Both the position numbers and the translations under genes were made by a program. From a virus (lineage: Duplodnaviria > Caudoviricetes): a DNA stretch of 28,155 nucleotides. How positions within the stretch are numbered: the first letter of the stretch is position 1; each line of letters starts with the position of its first letter. The stretch lies in IMG/VR virus record IMGVR_UViG_3300042923_001013, positions 1 through 28,155 of that record; one strand, given 5' to 3'. Of this stretch, positions 17,932 to 26,802 are shown piece after piece. Below the pieces are notes generated by a model, which did not search any database, was not told where the DNA came from, and was given only the letters and a program-made list of their open reading frames with translations.

Positions 17932-18402
17932 CTACTGCTGCGGCGGGGCGAAGCGGGCCAGCTGCTCGTCGCGCGCGTTGAGGATGCCGGCGCGCGGTGT
18001 CGGCGCCGCGGCCTCTGCGTCCAGGACCCGCCGCACCTCGTCCTCGTCGCCGCATCCCTCGAGGTAGGCCAGCACCTGCTTGACGTTGTGCTCGTGCGGG
18101 ACGAACGTCGCGGGCTCCTGCTCACACGGCCCGCCCGGGTCCGCCTCCACAAGCGATTCGCGCTCGAGGGCCTGGCGCAGCTCGCGCGCCTGCACGGCGG
18201 CCTGGGCGGCGCGCACGTCCTGGCCCTCGTCCACGTACTCGGCGGACTTGGCCTCGAGGTCCTCGGCCTTGGCCTCGATCTCACCGCGTACGCGGTCGAT
18301 CTCCTCGCGTACGGCGGCCGCGCGTTCGGTGCGCTGGTTGCGGTCCTCGCGCGCGTACTCCGCCTGGTAGCCGGCCAGTTCGGCCAGCAGGTCATGTGCC
18401 AC
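17932..18402 (-). CDS. Hypothetical protein downstream of the capsid
   Basis: GTG start with GAGGGAG; coiled coil plus small helical C-terminal domain. Confidence 0.75.
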   Translation of the reverse strand: MAHDLLAELAGYQAEYAREDRNQRTERAAAVREEIDRVRGEIEAKAEDLEAKSAEYVDEGQDVRAAQAAVQARELRQALERESLVEADPGGPCEQEPATFVPHEHNVKQVLAYLEGCGDEDEVRRVLDAEAAAPTPRAGILNARDEQLARFAPPQQ

Positions 18403-18427
18403 GTCGGTACTCCCTCTCGGGCGCAGG

Positions 18428-18465
18428 ACGGCGCCGGTACGCCCCTGCGGGAGTACCGGCGCCGT
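18428..18465 (-). terminator. Hairpin after the major capsid gene
   Basis: 13-bp perfect stem ACGGCGCCGGTAC/GTACCGGCGCCGT. Confidence 0.65.
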
Positions 18466-18477
18466 GAGGTGGGTGGT

Positions 18478-19959
18478 TCAGAATCCGGCGGTCGGGATCA
18501 TGCCGGTGCCGGACACAACGCTGATCGACTTGGGCAGCCGGTCCGGCATGAACGCCAGGTAGTTGTAGAGCTGGAAGCGGACCTGCAGCGTGCCGGAGAG
18601 AACCTCCTGCAGAACGCGGGTACGCATGGCGCCCTCCCACAGGTACAGGTCCGAGGTGCGCGCGGTGATGATGCGCGTCTCGTTGGTGCCGGCCCCGAGG
18701 TTGGAGGGGATGTTGCCGTCGAGCAGGACCGGGGTGCCCACGGTCAGGCGGCCCACCGGCCCTTCGGCGATCTCGCCGGTCTGCAGCGCGAGCGGGTTGA
18801 AGGGCCCGTTCTGCTCGGGCAGGATCAGCGGCCGGTTGGCCGTGTCGAGCTGGGCGGCCGCCCAGTACCAGACCGACGGCGTCACGAAGGTGGCGAGCGC
18901 CGGCATCTTGCGGTTGGTGAACACCTGGCTGACCGACTGGATCCACGGCACGTGCATCTCGGGCAGCGTCGGAGTGGCGTCGGTGTACGTGATCGCGTTG
19001 ATGCCGGAGGTGTTCAGGACGCCGGTCACCTGGCCGGACGCACCCGAACCCGAGATGAGCTGGCTGTCGACGCGCTGGTTGTAGTCGGCGACCAGGTCGG
19101 CGAACACGATCTCGTCGAACGCGATCGGCGACTGGTCGAGCAGCTGCATCGCCACGTCCTGCTGACCGGCGATCGTTCGCACCGGGGCGGTGACGAACGT
19201 GTCGGTCATGTCCGTGGAGGTGACCGCCGCGGCGTCCGCGGTCTGCATGCCAGTCGCCGTACCGGTGGCGATCTTCGGCAGGTTCACCGAGTCGGTGCCC
19301 GTGGGCAGCGGCATGTTGCGCACGGCGTTGGCGAAGGGGCGGCCGTAGCGCGGCAGGTCGATGTACTCGTCGATCAGCCAGAGCGGCGGCACGAAGTATC
19401 CGCCCTGCCCGTCCGTCCTGTTCGGGTTGACCCGCTTCTCGAACACGGACTCGCGCTGCCGCTCGGACAGGCCGGAGACGGTGCGCAGCTCGCGCTGTGC
19501 GGCCTCCTCGCGCCTGCGCTCGCGGGCGGGCAGCTCCACACGCAGCTCGGTCGCGTGGCGCTGCAGACGGGCCATGGCGGCCCCGTCGTTGCGCAGCTGA
19601 CTGTTGGCCAGGTCCATGAAGTAGGAGTGGCCGTTGCCGCGCTGGTAGGTGAGCGGCTCACTGGTGACGCGGGCGCCGGTGGGCTGCGGGCCCTCCTGCC
19701 CGAACTGGGTGCGCAGTTCCGCCGCGCGGGCGTCGCGTGCCTCGGTCTCCTCGACCTCCTTGATGCGGCCGGACAGGGACTCGATCTCCTCGTCCTTGGC
19801 CTTGAGGGCGGAGCGCGCCTCGTTGAAGGAGGTGGTCTCCTCCTCGTTGAGGTTGCGGTTCTCCTTCGTCGGCGTCTCGATGACGGCGTCGAGCGCGGTC
19901 TTCAGTGCGGTCCGCTCTTCGAGCGCGGCCTGCATCTGCTTCCGCAGGAATGCGAGCAT
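18478..19959 (-). CDS. Major capsid protein, HK97 fold with N-terminal delta domain
   Basis: ATG 19959 after GGAAGGAG; coiled-coil N-terminus; GGYFVPP; GSGASGQVTGVLN. Confidence 0.93.
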   Translation of the reverse strand: MLAFLRKQMQAALEERTALKTALDAVIETPTKENRNLNEEETTSFNEARSALKAKDEEIESLSGRIKEVEETEARDARAAELRTQFGQEGPQPTGARVTSEPLTYQRGNGHSYFMDLANSQLRNDGAAMARLQRHATELRVELPARERRREEAAQRELRTVSGLSERQRESVFEKRVNPNRTDGQGGYFVPPLWLIDEYIDLPRYGRPFANAVRNMPLPTGTDSVNLPKIATGTATGMQTADAAAVTSTDMTDTFVTAPVRTIAGQQDVAMQLLDQSPIAFDEIVFADLVADYNQRVDSQLISGSGASGQVTGVLNTSGINAITYTDATPTLPEMHVPWIQSVSQVFTNRKMPALATFVTPSVWYWAAAQLDTANRPLILPEQNGPFNPLALQTGEIAEGPVGRLTVGTPVLLDGNIPSNLGAGTNETRIITARTSDLYLWEGAMRTRVLQEVLSGTLQVRFQLYNYLAFMPDRLPKSISVVSGTGMIPTAGF

Positions 19960-20098
19960 GTCGGCTCGCTCCTTCCATTTGGATCGGATGGGGTGGTCGC
20001 GCCTGCGGTCCGTCTCGGGTGGTGGCCCAGGTGGTGGCACGCGAAAGCGCGCTCCGGCGTGGGCTCCGGCGCGTCAGGTGGTGCAGGCAGCGGTGCGG

Positions 20099-20773
20099 CT
20101 ACAGGCCGAGAAGAACGGCCTGAGCCTGGTAGAGGGGCATGCCCGCGGGTGCGGGCTGCGGGGCCTCGAAGCGGCGGGCCAGGCGCTCGTACAGCGCGCG
20201 GGCCTCCTGCTCGTCGAGGCGGTCGAAGTCGGCCGAGCGCATCGCCGGCGCGACCGAGGTGGCGGGGTTGGCCCCGAAGTTGACGACGCTGACGTCGCCG
20301 CGGTGGAGGTCGACCTCGAGGATGTCGCGCTGGTCGTAGTCCGGGGACCACATCTGCCGCGTCACCCGGAACGCGAAGCTCATCTCGTCGACGGCGCCGT
20401 CCTCGATGGCGGTGACCATGTCGCGCACGTCGCCGCGGCCGATGTTGACGTCGGCCTCCATGTGCAGGCCGGTGTCGTCCTCGGACAGCCGCAGGCTGCC
20501 GGCCTTGGTGTACGCCATGGCCAGGCCGCCGTGATTGAGGAGCAGCTGCACCTGGGGGTTTTCCCCGAGGGTCTTGGTGAACGCCCCCGCGCGGACGACC
20601 TCGGCGTACGGGCCGAGCCAGTCCCACATTTCGAAAGGCTCCTCGGTCACCGAGGCATAGCCCTCGATGCTCGAGACGCCGGCGGCGCCGGCCTTGGCCC
20701 GTACTTCCAGCTGGACGGGGAAGGCCCGGCGCACAATGCCGGTGACCTTGGCCCGCTGGCTCTTGTCGCTCAT
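20099..20773 (-). CDS. HK97-family prohead protease
   Basis: IEGYASV, E.VRAGAF.KTL, LLNH, L.EDDTGL, MSFAF, DVSVV. Confidence 0.93.
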   Translation of the reverse strand: MSDKSQRAKVTGIVRRAFPVQLEVRAKAGAAGVSSIEGYASVTEEPFEMWDWLGPYAEVVRAGAFTKTLGENPQVQLLLNHGGLAMAYTKAGSLRLSEDDTGLHMEADVNIGRGDVRDMVTAIEDGAVDEMSFAFRVTRQMWSPDYDQRDILEVDLHRGDVSVVNFGANPATSVAPAMRSADFDRLDEQEARALYERLARRFEAPQPAPAGMPLYQAQAVLLGL

Positions 20774-21921
20774 TCGACCTTCTCCTCTGGTCCGGGCTTC
20801 CCCGTCTCCACGGGCTTGTCACCCCACTCGACGGGCTGCCAGTCCTCGGCTTCGCGTACCTCGTTGATGACGCGGAACTGGTTGCGCAGCGCGATGGCGT
20901 GCGCGCGGTAGCGGGTCAGCAGGTCGGTGCGGACCAGCGCGGCCCGGTTGAAGCGGGCCTGCCGCTCCGGCGGCAGCAGGCTCGACAGGGCCCGCTCCGT
21001 ACGCACCAGCCACGGGTCCGCCGCGTACGTCAGAAAGTCGAGCGAGCGCTGCTCGATGTTGCTGTACGTGAGCGAGCCGCCCGTCTCGTACCCGAAGATC
21101 TCGGCGTAGCCGGGCCCGAAGATGCGGCAGCACTCGGCCGCGGTGTACCCGTGCGTCTCGAGGAACTGGGACTCGTTGGCCTTGACCTGGACGGCGGCGA
21201 ACTTCCAGTCGCCGCCCAGGACGACGGGCTCACGCCGGCCGCGGATGGCGGCCATGAAGCGTTGCTTCGCCGTGTTGGCCTGGGCCTGGTTGAGGCTCTG
21301 GGACGTCGACAGGATGCCCGTGGGGTGGGCGCCCTCCTCGAACCACTGCGCACCGAACTGCATCGCGGCGATGCCGGTCCCGATCGTCAGGGCATGCAGG
21401 GCGATCGGGGACATGCCCAGCATCCGGCCGGGCACGGGATGCACCCGCCGATGCCACATCTGCGACTGGTCGGTCAGCGTCTGCCCGTTGACACTCCACT
21501 GTGCGTGGCCGTCGATCTGACTGAGGCGGACCTCGTCGGGGTGCTGCAGCACGATCTGTGTGGGCGTCCCGCGCATCCGGTCGAAGTCGGCGGCCAGCCC
21601 GTAGCTGTTGCCGCGCAGCATCGCCGAGTAGATGTACTGGTTCGTCCAGTCGGGCAGGCCGTGTCCGTCGCCGCCGAGGTCGGCAAGCCACGGCGGCTGC
21701 GGGTACTTCCCGCCCTGGTTGTCGATCACCTGGAGCGGCATGCACTCGGCGATCGTCGCGGTGAGATTCACACACGCCCACACCGCGACCTTCTGCAGGC
21801 TGGCCTCGGTACGGGACAGGTTGACCCGTGCGTAACTGCTGCCGTCGGAGTTGGCGGGGATCGGCGGGTTGGGGAAGGTGAACGCCCGCCGCTCGGGCGC
21901 CGTGCCCAGGAGATAGCTCAC
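20770..21921 (-). CDS. HK97-family portal protein
   Basis: GTG 21921 overlaps the upstream stop; AVWACV, LRGNSY, GMSPI, SNIEQ, INEVR motifs. Confidence 0.93.
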   Translation of the reverse strand: MSYLLGTAPERRAFTFPNPPIPANSDGSSYARVNLSRTEASLQKVAVWACVNLTATIAECMPLQVIDNQGGKYPQPPWLADLGGDGHGLPDWTNQYIYSAMLRGNSYGLAADFDRMRGTPTQIVLQHPDEVRLSQIDGHAQWSVNGQTLTDQSQMWHRRVHPVPGRMLGMSPIALHALTIGTGIAAMQFGAQWFEEGAHPTGILSTSQSLNQAQANTAKQRFMAAIRGRREPVVLGGDWKFAAVQVKANESQFLETHGYTAAECCRIFGPGYAEIFGYETGGSLTYSNIEQRSLDFLTYAADPWLVRTERALSSLLPPERQARFNRAALVRTDLLTRYRAHAIALRNQFRVINEVREAEDWQPVEWGDKPVETGKPGPEEKVE

Positions 21922-22151
21922 TGCTCGCCTCCCTTCTTCGGGGCGCGGCCCGGGTGCCGGGCGGTGACGACGTCGGCGAGGATCAGCGCCCCGGCGGCCA
22001 GGAACCCGGCAGGCCGCCAGGCCAGCCACGCGCCGTACGCCACCAGGCCCAGACCCGCCAGGCCGGGCAGCGCCCGCAGCAGGCCTGCCGTGACGACGCC
22101 CGCGGCACCAGCTGCGGCCAGCTGCCAGCGCCGGACACGGTCGCTGCGCAT
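21918..22151 (-). CDS. Small membrane protein between terminase and portal
   Basis: Hydrophobic GL.LVAYGAWLAW.PAGFLAAG; typical position. Confidence 0.75.
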   Translation of the reverse strand: MRSDRVRRWQLAAAGAAGVVTAGLLRALPGLAGLGLVAYGAWLAWRPAGFLAAGALILADVVTARHPGRAPKKGGEQ

Positions 22152-22161
22152 AAGGATCCCT

Positions 22162-23691
22162 TCACCAGATGTTGTCCATCGGATCGCTGTCCTCCTCGAT
22201 CTCGACGCCCAGGCCCCACTTCGCCAGCGTCACCGCGACAAGCGGGCTGATATCGACGTTCACGCCGCGCCGGGCCCAGGCCCACGCATCGCCGAGCGGG
22301 CGCTTCTGCGCGCCCGCCAGGGCCGCGGCGAGCGGCGCCTGGTCGAGGTGGGACATGGTCTGCTCGGTCGCGGCGTCGTAGAACTGGCCGCATGCAGCGG
22401 CGACCTCGCGCACCTTGGGCGAGACGATCTTCACGCCGAGCCGCGCCGCCAGCTGCTCGATGAGCGAGCCGGCCGGACCGCCCGCGTCGACGACCCAGCA
22501 GCGCGGGCGATGCCGCTCGTGCAGCTCTGCCGCCCGGTCCAGCAGCCAGCCCGTGCCGGGCCGGTGGTCGATCACCTCAACGTGCGTACCGCCCCGCCAG
22601 GGACCGGCCACGCCGATCGCCGCGTGGCTGCGCTCCGGCGTCATGTCGATGGCCATGGCCAGCGAGCCTTCCGGGGCGGAGTCCGCAGCTGCCAGTGCCC
22701 GCCACACAGCCTCACCGAGGACCTGCCAGGTGTCGGCCGTGAGGGCCGGGTAGTCGCCCACGCCGAGCCGCTCGCGGGCGTAGCCGGTCGCACTCAGCGT
22801 GACGCGCTCGTTGGCGACCTTCGCCAGCGTGAGCCGATAGCCGATGGCGGGGTTGGACTTCAGCACCGCTTCGTCGGACGCGGTGTCGTCGTGGGCCGTG
22901 CAGTCGGGCGGGCACTCGTCGACGTGGGGGTCGACCGACCACTCGAAGTAGGCCAGCGAGGGGTCCGGCACGCCGGCCTCGATGGCGGCCAGGGCCCGGT
23001 GCCGCAGCCGGGCGAGCTGGACGGACGGGGCACCGATACCCGCGCTGCCCAGGTACCAGATCTGCGGATCCTCAACGGCCGCCATGGTGGGCAGGAGCGC
23101 GTCCATCTCGTCGTCGCCGAGCACCATGTCCTCGTCGAGCATGTTCGCGTTACCGGTGAAGCCTCGGCCGGAGCCCTTGGAGCGGGCGATGAACTGCAGG
23201 ATCTGCCCGGTGTGCAGCTCGATCAGTTCCTCACCGACCGTATACCGGTACTGCTTGACCCGTTTATGCAGGTCAGGGCATCCACGGATCAGTTTCTCGA
23301 TCCGCTTGAAAGCCTTCTTCGCAGTCTTGAACTCATGGGCACTGTGAAGGATCAGATCCTCGCCACCGAGGAACAGGCCCCACAGCTCCCGCGCTTCGAT
23401 GATCGCGCCCTTGCCGTTCTGCCGTGGCAGGTTGACCGCGACTTCGAACGACGCCCAGGACCCGTCAGGCCTCTCGCCCATGCCGACGCGCAGGACGTGC
23501 TGCTGCCACGGGTCTAGGTGCAGGCCTGCCTTCGCCGCGAGGTCGATCGCCTCCTGTCCCGCGGTGGACACCGATGGGGGCGCGATCTCGATCGGCGGCG
23601 TCTGCCAGCCGTACACACGGCCGTCCTCAGCCTTCTGCGGCCCGCTCACGGGCAGCTGCCCGGCGCTTGGCTCGCTGCTCAGCAAAGTCAT
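22162..23691 (-). CDS. terL: Terminase large subunit
   Basis: LDPWQ, Walker A PRQNGKG, Walker B MLDE, nuclease AIDM...DISPLVA; probable start ATG 23691. Confidence 0.93.
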   Translation of the reverse strand: MTLLSSEPSAGQLPVSGPQKAEDGRVYGWQTPPIEIAPPSVSTAGQEAIDLAAKAGLHLDPWQQHVLRVGMGERPDGSWASFEVAVNLPRQNGKGAIIEARELWGLFLGGEDLILHSAHEFKTAKKAFKRIEKLIRGCPDLHKRVKQYRYTVGEELIELHTGQILQFIARSKGSGRGFTGNANMLDEDMVLGDDEMDALLPTMAAVEDPQIWYLGSAGIGAPSVQLARLRHRALAAIEAGVPDPSLAYFEWSVDPHVDECPPDCTAHDDTASDEAVLKSNPAIGYRLTLAKVANERVTLSATGYARERLGVGDYPALTADTWQVLGEAVWRALAAADSAPEGSLAMAIDMTPERSHAAIGVAGPWRGGTHVEVIDHRPGTGWLLDRAAELHERHRPRCWVVDAGGPAGSLIEQLAARLGVKIVSPKVREVAAACGQFYDAATEQTMSHLDQAPLAAALAGAQKRPLGDAWAWARRGVNVDISPLVAVTLAKWGLGVEIEEDSDPMDNIW

Positions 23692-23914
23692 CAACCATGT
23701 CCCCCTTCCCGGCGACAGGGGCCAGGGCCCGCAACTCGCGCATGACGGCACGCAGTTCCCGGGCAGCGGTGGCCTTGGCCGCAGGATTCTTCGCCGAGGC
23801 GTCGACAGCACGGGCGAGACTGGCCGCGAGCGCGATCATGCCGGGCGCTATTTCGTCGGCGTGAAGGCTGTCGATTTCGATCTTGATGGCGTTGGCGACG
23901 AGCCCCATGATCAC
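23627..23914 (-). CDS. terS: Terminase small subunit (putative)
   Basis: Helical, 95 aa, overlaps the terL 5' end; ALA.SLA.AVD...ELRA...VDDF..RA.RR pattern. Confidence 0.75.
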   Translation of the reverse strand: MIMGLVANAIKIEIDSLHADEIAPGMIALAASLARAVDASAKNPAAKATAARELRAVMRELRALAPVAGKGDMVDDFAEQRAKRRAAARERAAEG

Positions 23915-23919
23915 CCCCG

Positions 23920-24062
23920 GTGGTGACGCAGTGTCACATCACGCAGAGTGACGGCCACTAAAAAGTCGAACTGAGTTCGCGTGAAATGATCTTGATTTTT
24001 TGGGCCGCGCAAAAAACCGGGCGACAAGGGCGTTTGGGTCGCCCGGCCCTGCCATCAAAGAA
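23920..24062. other. Putative cos/packaging region and/or terminator
   Basis: AT-richer gap upstream of terS with GTGAC/GTCAC repeats, palindrome CGAACTGAGTTCG, T6/A6 tracts and IR CCGGGCGAC-N12-GTCGCCCGG (24017-24046). Confidence 0.5.
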
Positions 24063-24089
24063 TGGTCCGGCCCATCTCGATGATCACGC

Positions 24090-24527
24090 TCACCAGGACC
24101 GGGACGCCTGCGGCATCGCTGCCCGTGAGGCCGCCGGCCGCTGCCGGTACCAGCGGGTGACGACCCGCTTCATCTCCGGGTCACGCATCGCCTCGACGCG
24201 GGCCATGACGATCTCCTGCCCAGGGTCCACGGTGACGATCCGGGCGCCGAGGCGCTTGTACTTGGCCATGGCCTTGGCGCTCGGCATGGTGTGGATCAGG
24301 TAGACGTCGACCGTGTCACGCAGCTCGAACGCCGCGTCCATCGCGGCATAGCGGGCGCGGTGGGCGACGCGGAGGATCGTCGGGTCCTGGTTCCACGCAG
24401 GGGCGCCAGGCCCAGCGAGGGCGCGGGTGATGAGGTCCAGGTCGATGACGATGTCACGCGCTGTGGCGTGCGACTGGATCCATGACGACTTGCCCGAGGC
24501 CGGCGGGCCGGTGATCACGTACAGCAC
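24090..24527 (-). CDS. Small P-loop NTPase/kinase-like (AAA_33-like) protein
   Basis: LYVITGPPASGKS Walker A; IVIDLD. Confidence 0.85.
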   Translation of the reverse strand: MLYVITGPPASGKSSWIQSHATARDIVIDLDLITRALAGPGAPAWNQDPTILRVAHRARYAAMDAAFELRDTVDVYLIHTMPSAKAMAKYKRLGARIVTVDPGQEIVMARVEAMRDPEMKRVVTRWYRQRPAASRAAMPQASRSW

Positions 24528-24529
24528 GG

Positions 24530-24736
24530 TCAGTTACCCGCGAGGTCGACGACGTACTGGACGCTGTCCCCGTCGCGTCCGCTCTGCAGCGCGAGCGTGA
24601 TGCCGTCGATCTCGATGTGGTCGGTGCCGTAGGCGCAGAGAGTTACCCCGGTCTGTGCCGTGGTCTCGGCCATGCGGTCGAGAGCGTCGGCGAGGCGACG
24701 GAGTGTCGCCGCACCCATCAGGCTGGCCACGTTCAC
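24530..24736 (-). CDS. Hypothetical protein
   Basis: GTG overlaps the HNH stop, SD GGAGGTG; fills the gap exactly. Confidence 0.6.
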   Translation of the reverse strand: MNVASLMGAATLRRLADALDRMAETTAQTGVTLCAYGTDHIEIDGITLALQSGRDGDSVQYVVDLAGN

Positions 24737-25017
24737 CACCTCCGTGAGGCTCGCTGGGTGGCCGCCCTGGCCGCCTGCGGTGTGCGGTTGCCCTTGCTGC
24801 TGTTGCACCGGCGGTGCGCCGGCCTGGCGTTGGCCGGGTCAAGCAGGTCGCCGCCGCGGGAGAGTGCGATCTCGTGGTCGAGGGTGAAGGACAGCGGATG
24901 GCGTGCGTCGAGCTGGTAGCCGATCTCGTGGCCGCACAGCCAGCAGGGAAGGCGCTGGGCGCGCAGCCAGGCGCAGAGCCGACGGTAGGGGCGCCCGTTG
25001 CGGGGGTTGCCGGGCAC
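24733..25017 (-). CDS. HNH endonuclease (terminase-associated type)
   Basis: CWLCG...DHEIALSRGG...N...AHRRCNSSKG; GTG after AGGGAGG. Confidence 0.9.
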   Translation of the reverse strand: MPGNPRNGRPYRRLCAWLRAQRLPCWLCGHEIGYQLDARHPLSFTLDHEIALSRGGDLLDPANARPAHRRCNSSKGNRTPQAARAATQRASRRW

Positions 25018-25031
25018 GGGCGCCTCCCTTG

Positions 25032-25313
25032 CTACTGCTCGCCGAGCAGCTCGTCCGGGTCGACGTTGCCGTTCTCGTCGATGATGCCGGTGTCCTTGAG
25101 AGCCTCGGACATCCGGAGGGCGTCGTAGTCGTCCTGTGACAGTCCCTTGCAGGCGTCGGGCCAGTCGGTGGCACTGGCCTGCGTACCGGAGGCAAGTGCC
25201 TTCTGGCAGTCGGTGGCGATCTCTTCCTCGGACTTGTCGCTGCTGCAGGCGGCGAGGCCTGTGACGGCTACGAGGGCGAGCAGGGCGGTGCATGCGGCGG
25301 TGCGGGTGTTCAT
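25032..25313 (-). CDS. Small lipoprotein
   Basis: Signal peptide with lipobox LAAC; acidic mature part with two further Cys. Confidence 0.85.
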   Translation of the reverse strand: MNTRTAACTALLALVAVTGLAACSSDKSEEEIATDCQKALASGTQASATDWPDACKGLSQDDYDALRMSEALKDTGIIDENGNVDPDELLGEQ

Positions 25314-25414
25314 GGTCCCCCCAAGGACGTCAGGCGCTGAGGGGGCATCATCCGGCGCGTCGCGCGGGCCTGGTGGCGGTGTGACCGTCTTGTGACGGCT
25401 GGGCTGGTACGACG

Positions 25415-25456
25415 AAGCCCCTGGCCGGTCGGGTGAGCGATCGGGGCCAGGGGCTT
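25415..25456 (-). terminator. Terminator-like hairpin
   Basis: 12-bp stem AAGCCCCTGGCC/GGCCAGGGGCTT. Confidence 0.65.
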
Positions 25457-25495
25457 TGTGTGGCTGTTGTGTCCGGGCACGCCGGACGTGAGGCC

Positions 25496-25524
25496 AGAAT
25501 GCGTCATGATCGCGGCGAGTGCAA
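25496..25524 (-). promoter_or_regulatory. Putative promoter pointing into the late genes
   Basis: TTGCAC-N17-CATTCT on the - strand. Confidence 0.4.
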
Positions 25525-25541
25525 CTACGTACGGTGAGCTG

Positions 25542-26132
25542 CTACGCGATCCGGTGGCGTCGGTTGGTCTCTGACAGGTCGTAGATGATCAGTCCTCCGT
25601 CGGTCCGCTCGACCCGCACCCCCTGTTGGTTGTGTTGTTGTTGCAGGTCAACACCGCCCACAGGGGGCGCAGCAGGGGGCCGGGGGAGGGGCGGTAGGTC
25701 GTCCTTGTGTACGCCTACGCCCGTGCGGGTGCCGCAGCGTACGGCGCGGCGTACGCGGATGCCGAGGGCCTCGAGGAGTGCGCGGGTGACGTCCATGGAC
25801 AGGCCGCGGGCGTCGGCGAGGTCGGCGAGGAAGACGTGCGGGTCGGCAAGCTGGTGCATCGTCTGGGCCAAGGGCTCGCGGTCGTCCTGGGCCTGGTCCT
25901 CGTCGGCGGGGCCGCCGCGGCGCCGGGTGATCCACCGGCGGGCCCGCTGCCATCCGTGTGTGCCGAGGACGCCGGTGATGACGTAGGCGGTCTCGGGCAG
26001 GACGGCGACGATCCCCCACATGGCGCCCAGCGCGACGGCGGCCAGGATGGCGCGGGCGGTGCGGTCGCTCATCCCGTCTCGCTCCCCCGGGCCGTCGGCG
26101 GCCGCGGGCTCGGTCTCCTGCGGCACGCTCAT
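25542..26132 (-). CDS. Membrane protein with soluble C-terminal domain (possible HTH)
   Basis: ATGA-coupled start; 1-2 TM helices; HVFLADLA...TRALLEALGI.VR..VR...GVGVH. Confidence 0.75.
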   Translation of the reverse strand: MSVPQETEPAAADGPGERDGMSDRTARAILAAVALGAMWGIVAVLPETAYVITGVLGTHGWQRARRWITRRRGGPADEDQAQDDREPLAQTMHQLADPHVFLADLADARGLSMDVTRALLEALGIRVRRAVRCGTRTGVGVHKDDLPPLPRPPAAPPVGGVDLQQQHNQQGVRVERTDGGLIIYDLSETNRRHRIA

Positions 26133-26635
26133 CCGAATGCCGCCGTGAACCAGGCGCCGAGCAGGTTGACCGAGGAGCCGAGGGGGACGGCGGCGATGCC
26201 GGCCACGGTGCCGGACAGGGCCACGGAGACGCCCGAGAACGCGCCGGCCGCCAGCTTGCCGTTGGACACCTTCGGAGCCCACTTCCACAGGGCGATCAGC
26301 ACCATGGTCAGCAGGAACACGATGACGTAGCCGCCGGGTGTGAGGGCGAGCTGCTGGGCGCGGGTGACGTCGGGGGCGGTGCCGCCGACGCCCCAGACGA
26401 GGCCGATGTAGCCGGCCACGTTCGCGGCCCACACGGTGGCCCAGGTGGCCATGCCGAGGGCGGAGATCGAGCCGAGGGCGGCCAGGGCGGCGAGCATGCC
26501 GTACAGGTGGGCCAGGACGAAGGGGACGAGGGCGGCGGGCTGGCGCTTCTCCTTGAGGCACCAGCGCAGGACGAAGGTGAGGACGACGCCGACGCCGAGG
26601 GCGACTCCTCCGAGGTTGATGGCCATGTAGGGCAT
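26129..26635 (-). CDS. Multi-pass membrane protein
   Basis: MPYMAINLGG...; at least 4 hydrophobic segments; SD GGAG. Confidence 0.8.
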   Translation of the reverse strand: MPYMAINLGGVALGVGVVLTFVLRWCLKEKRQPAALVPFVLAHLYGMLAALAALGSISALGMATWATVWAANVAGYIGLVWGVGGTAPDVTRAQQLALTPGGYVIVFLLTMVLIALWKWAPKVSNGKLAAGAFSGVSVALSGTVAGIAAVPLGSSVNLLGAWFTAAFG

Positions 26636-26637
26636 GG

Positions 26638-26802
26638 TCAGTGGCTCCAGACGGTGGCGACGTAGGCCGCGGCGAGGGTGAGTACGGCGACGGTGCAGAT
26701 GGCGGGTGCGAGGTAGAGGCCGGGTGCGCGTCGGGGTGCGAGTGCGCGCAGCCCGAGTGCGGCGACGAGTGCGACGGTGGGCCAGACGAGTGCGGTGCCC
26801 AT
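26638..26802 (-). CDS. Small two-TM membrane protein
   Basis: TGATG-coupled to the upstream gene; 54 aa, hydrophobic. Confidence 0.7.
   Translation of the reverse strand: MGTALVWPTVALVAALGLRALAPRRAPGLYLAPAICTVAVLTLAAAYVATVWSH

Noticed and set aside
11462-23517. Very long + strand ORFs (e.g. 13481-16225, 17722-20283, 20899-23517)
   Set aside because: Antisense shadows of well-supported - strand genes, typical of high-GC DNA; no recognisable motifs.
24090-24527. P-loop protein as the FtsK/TraB motor for the membrane operon
   Set aside because: Only 145 aa with a kinase-like N-terminal Walker A; too small for a RecA-fold translocase.
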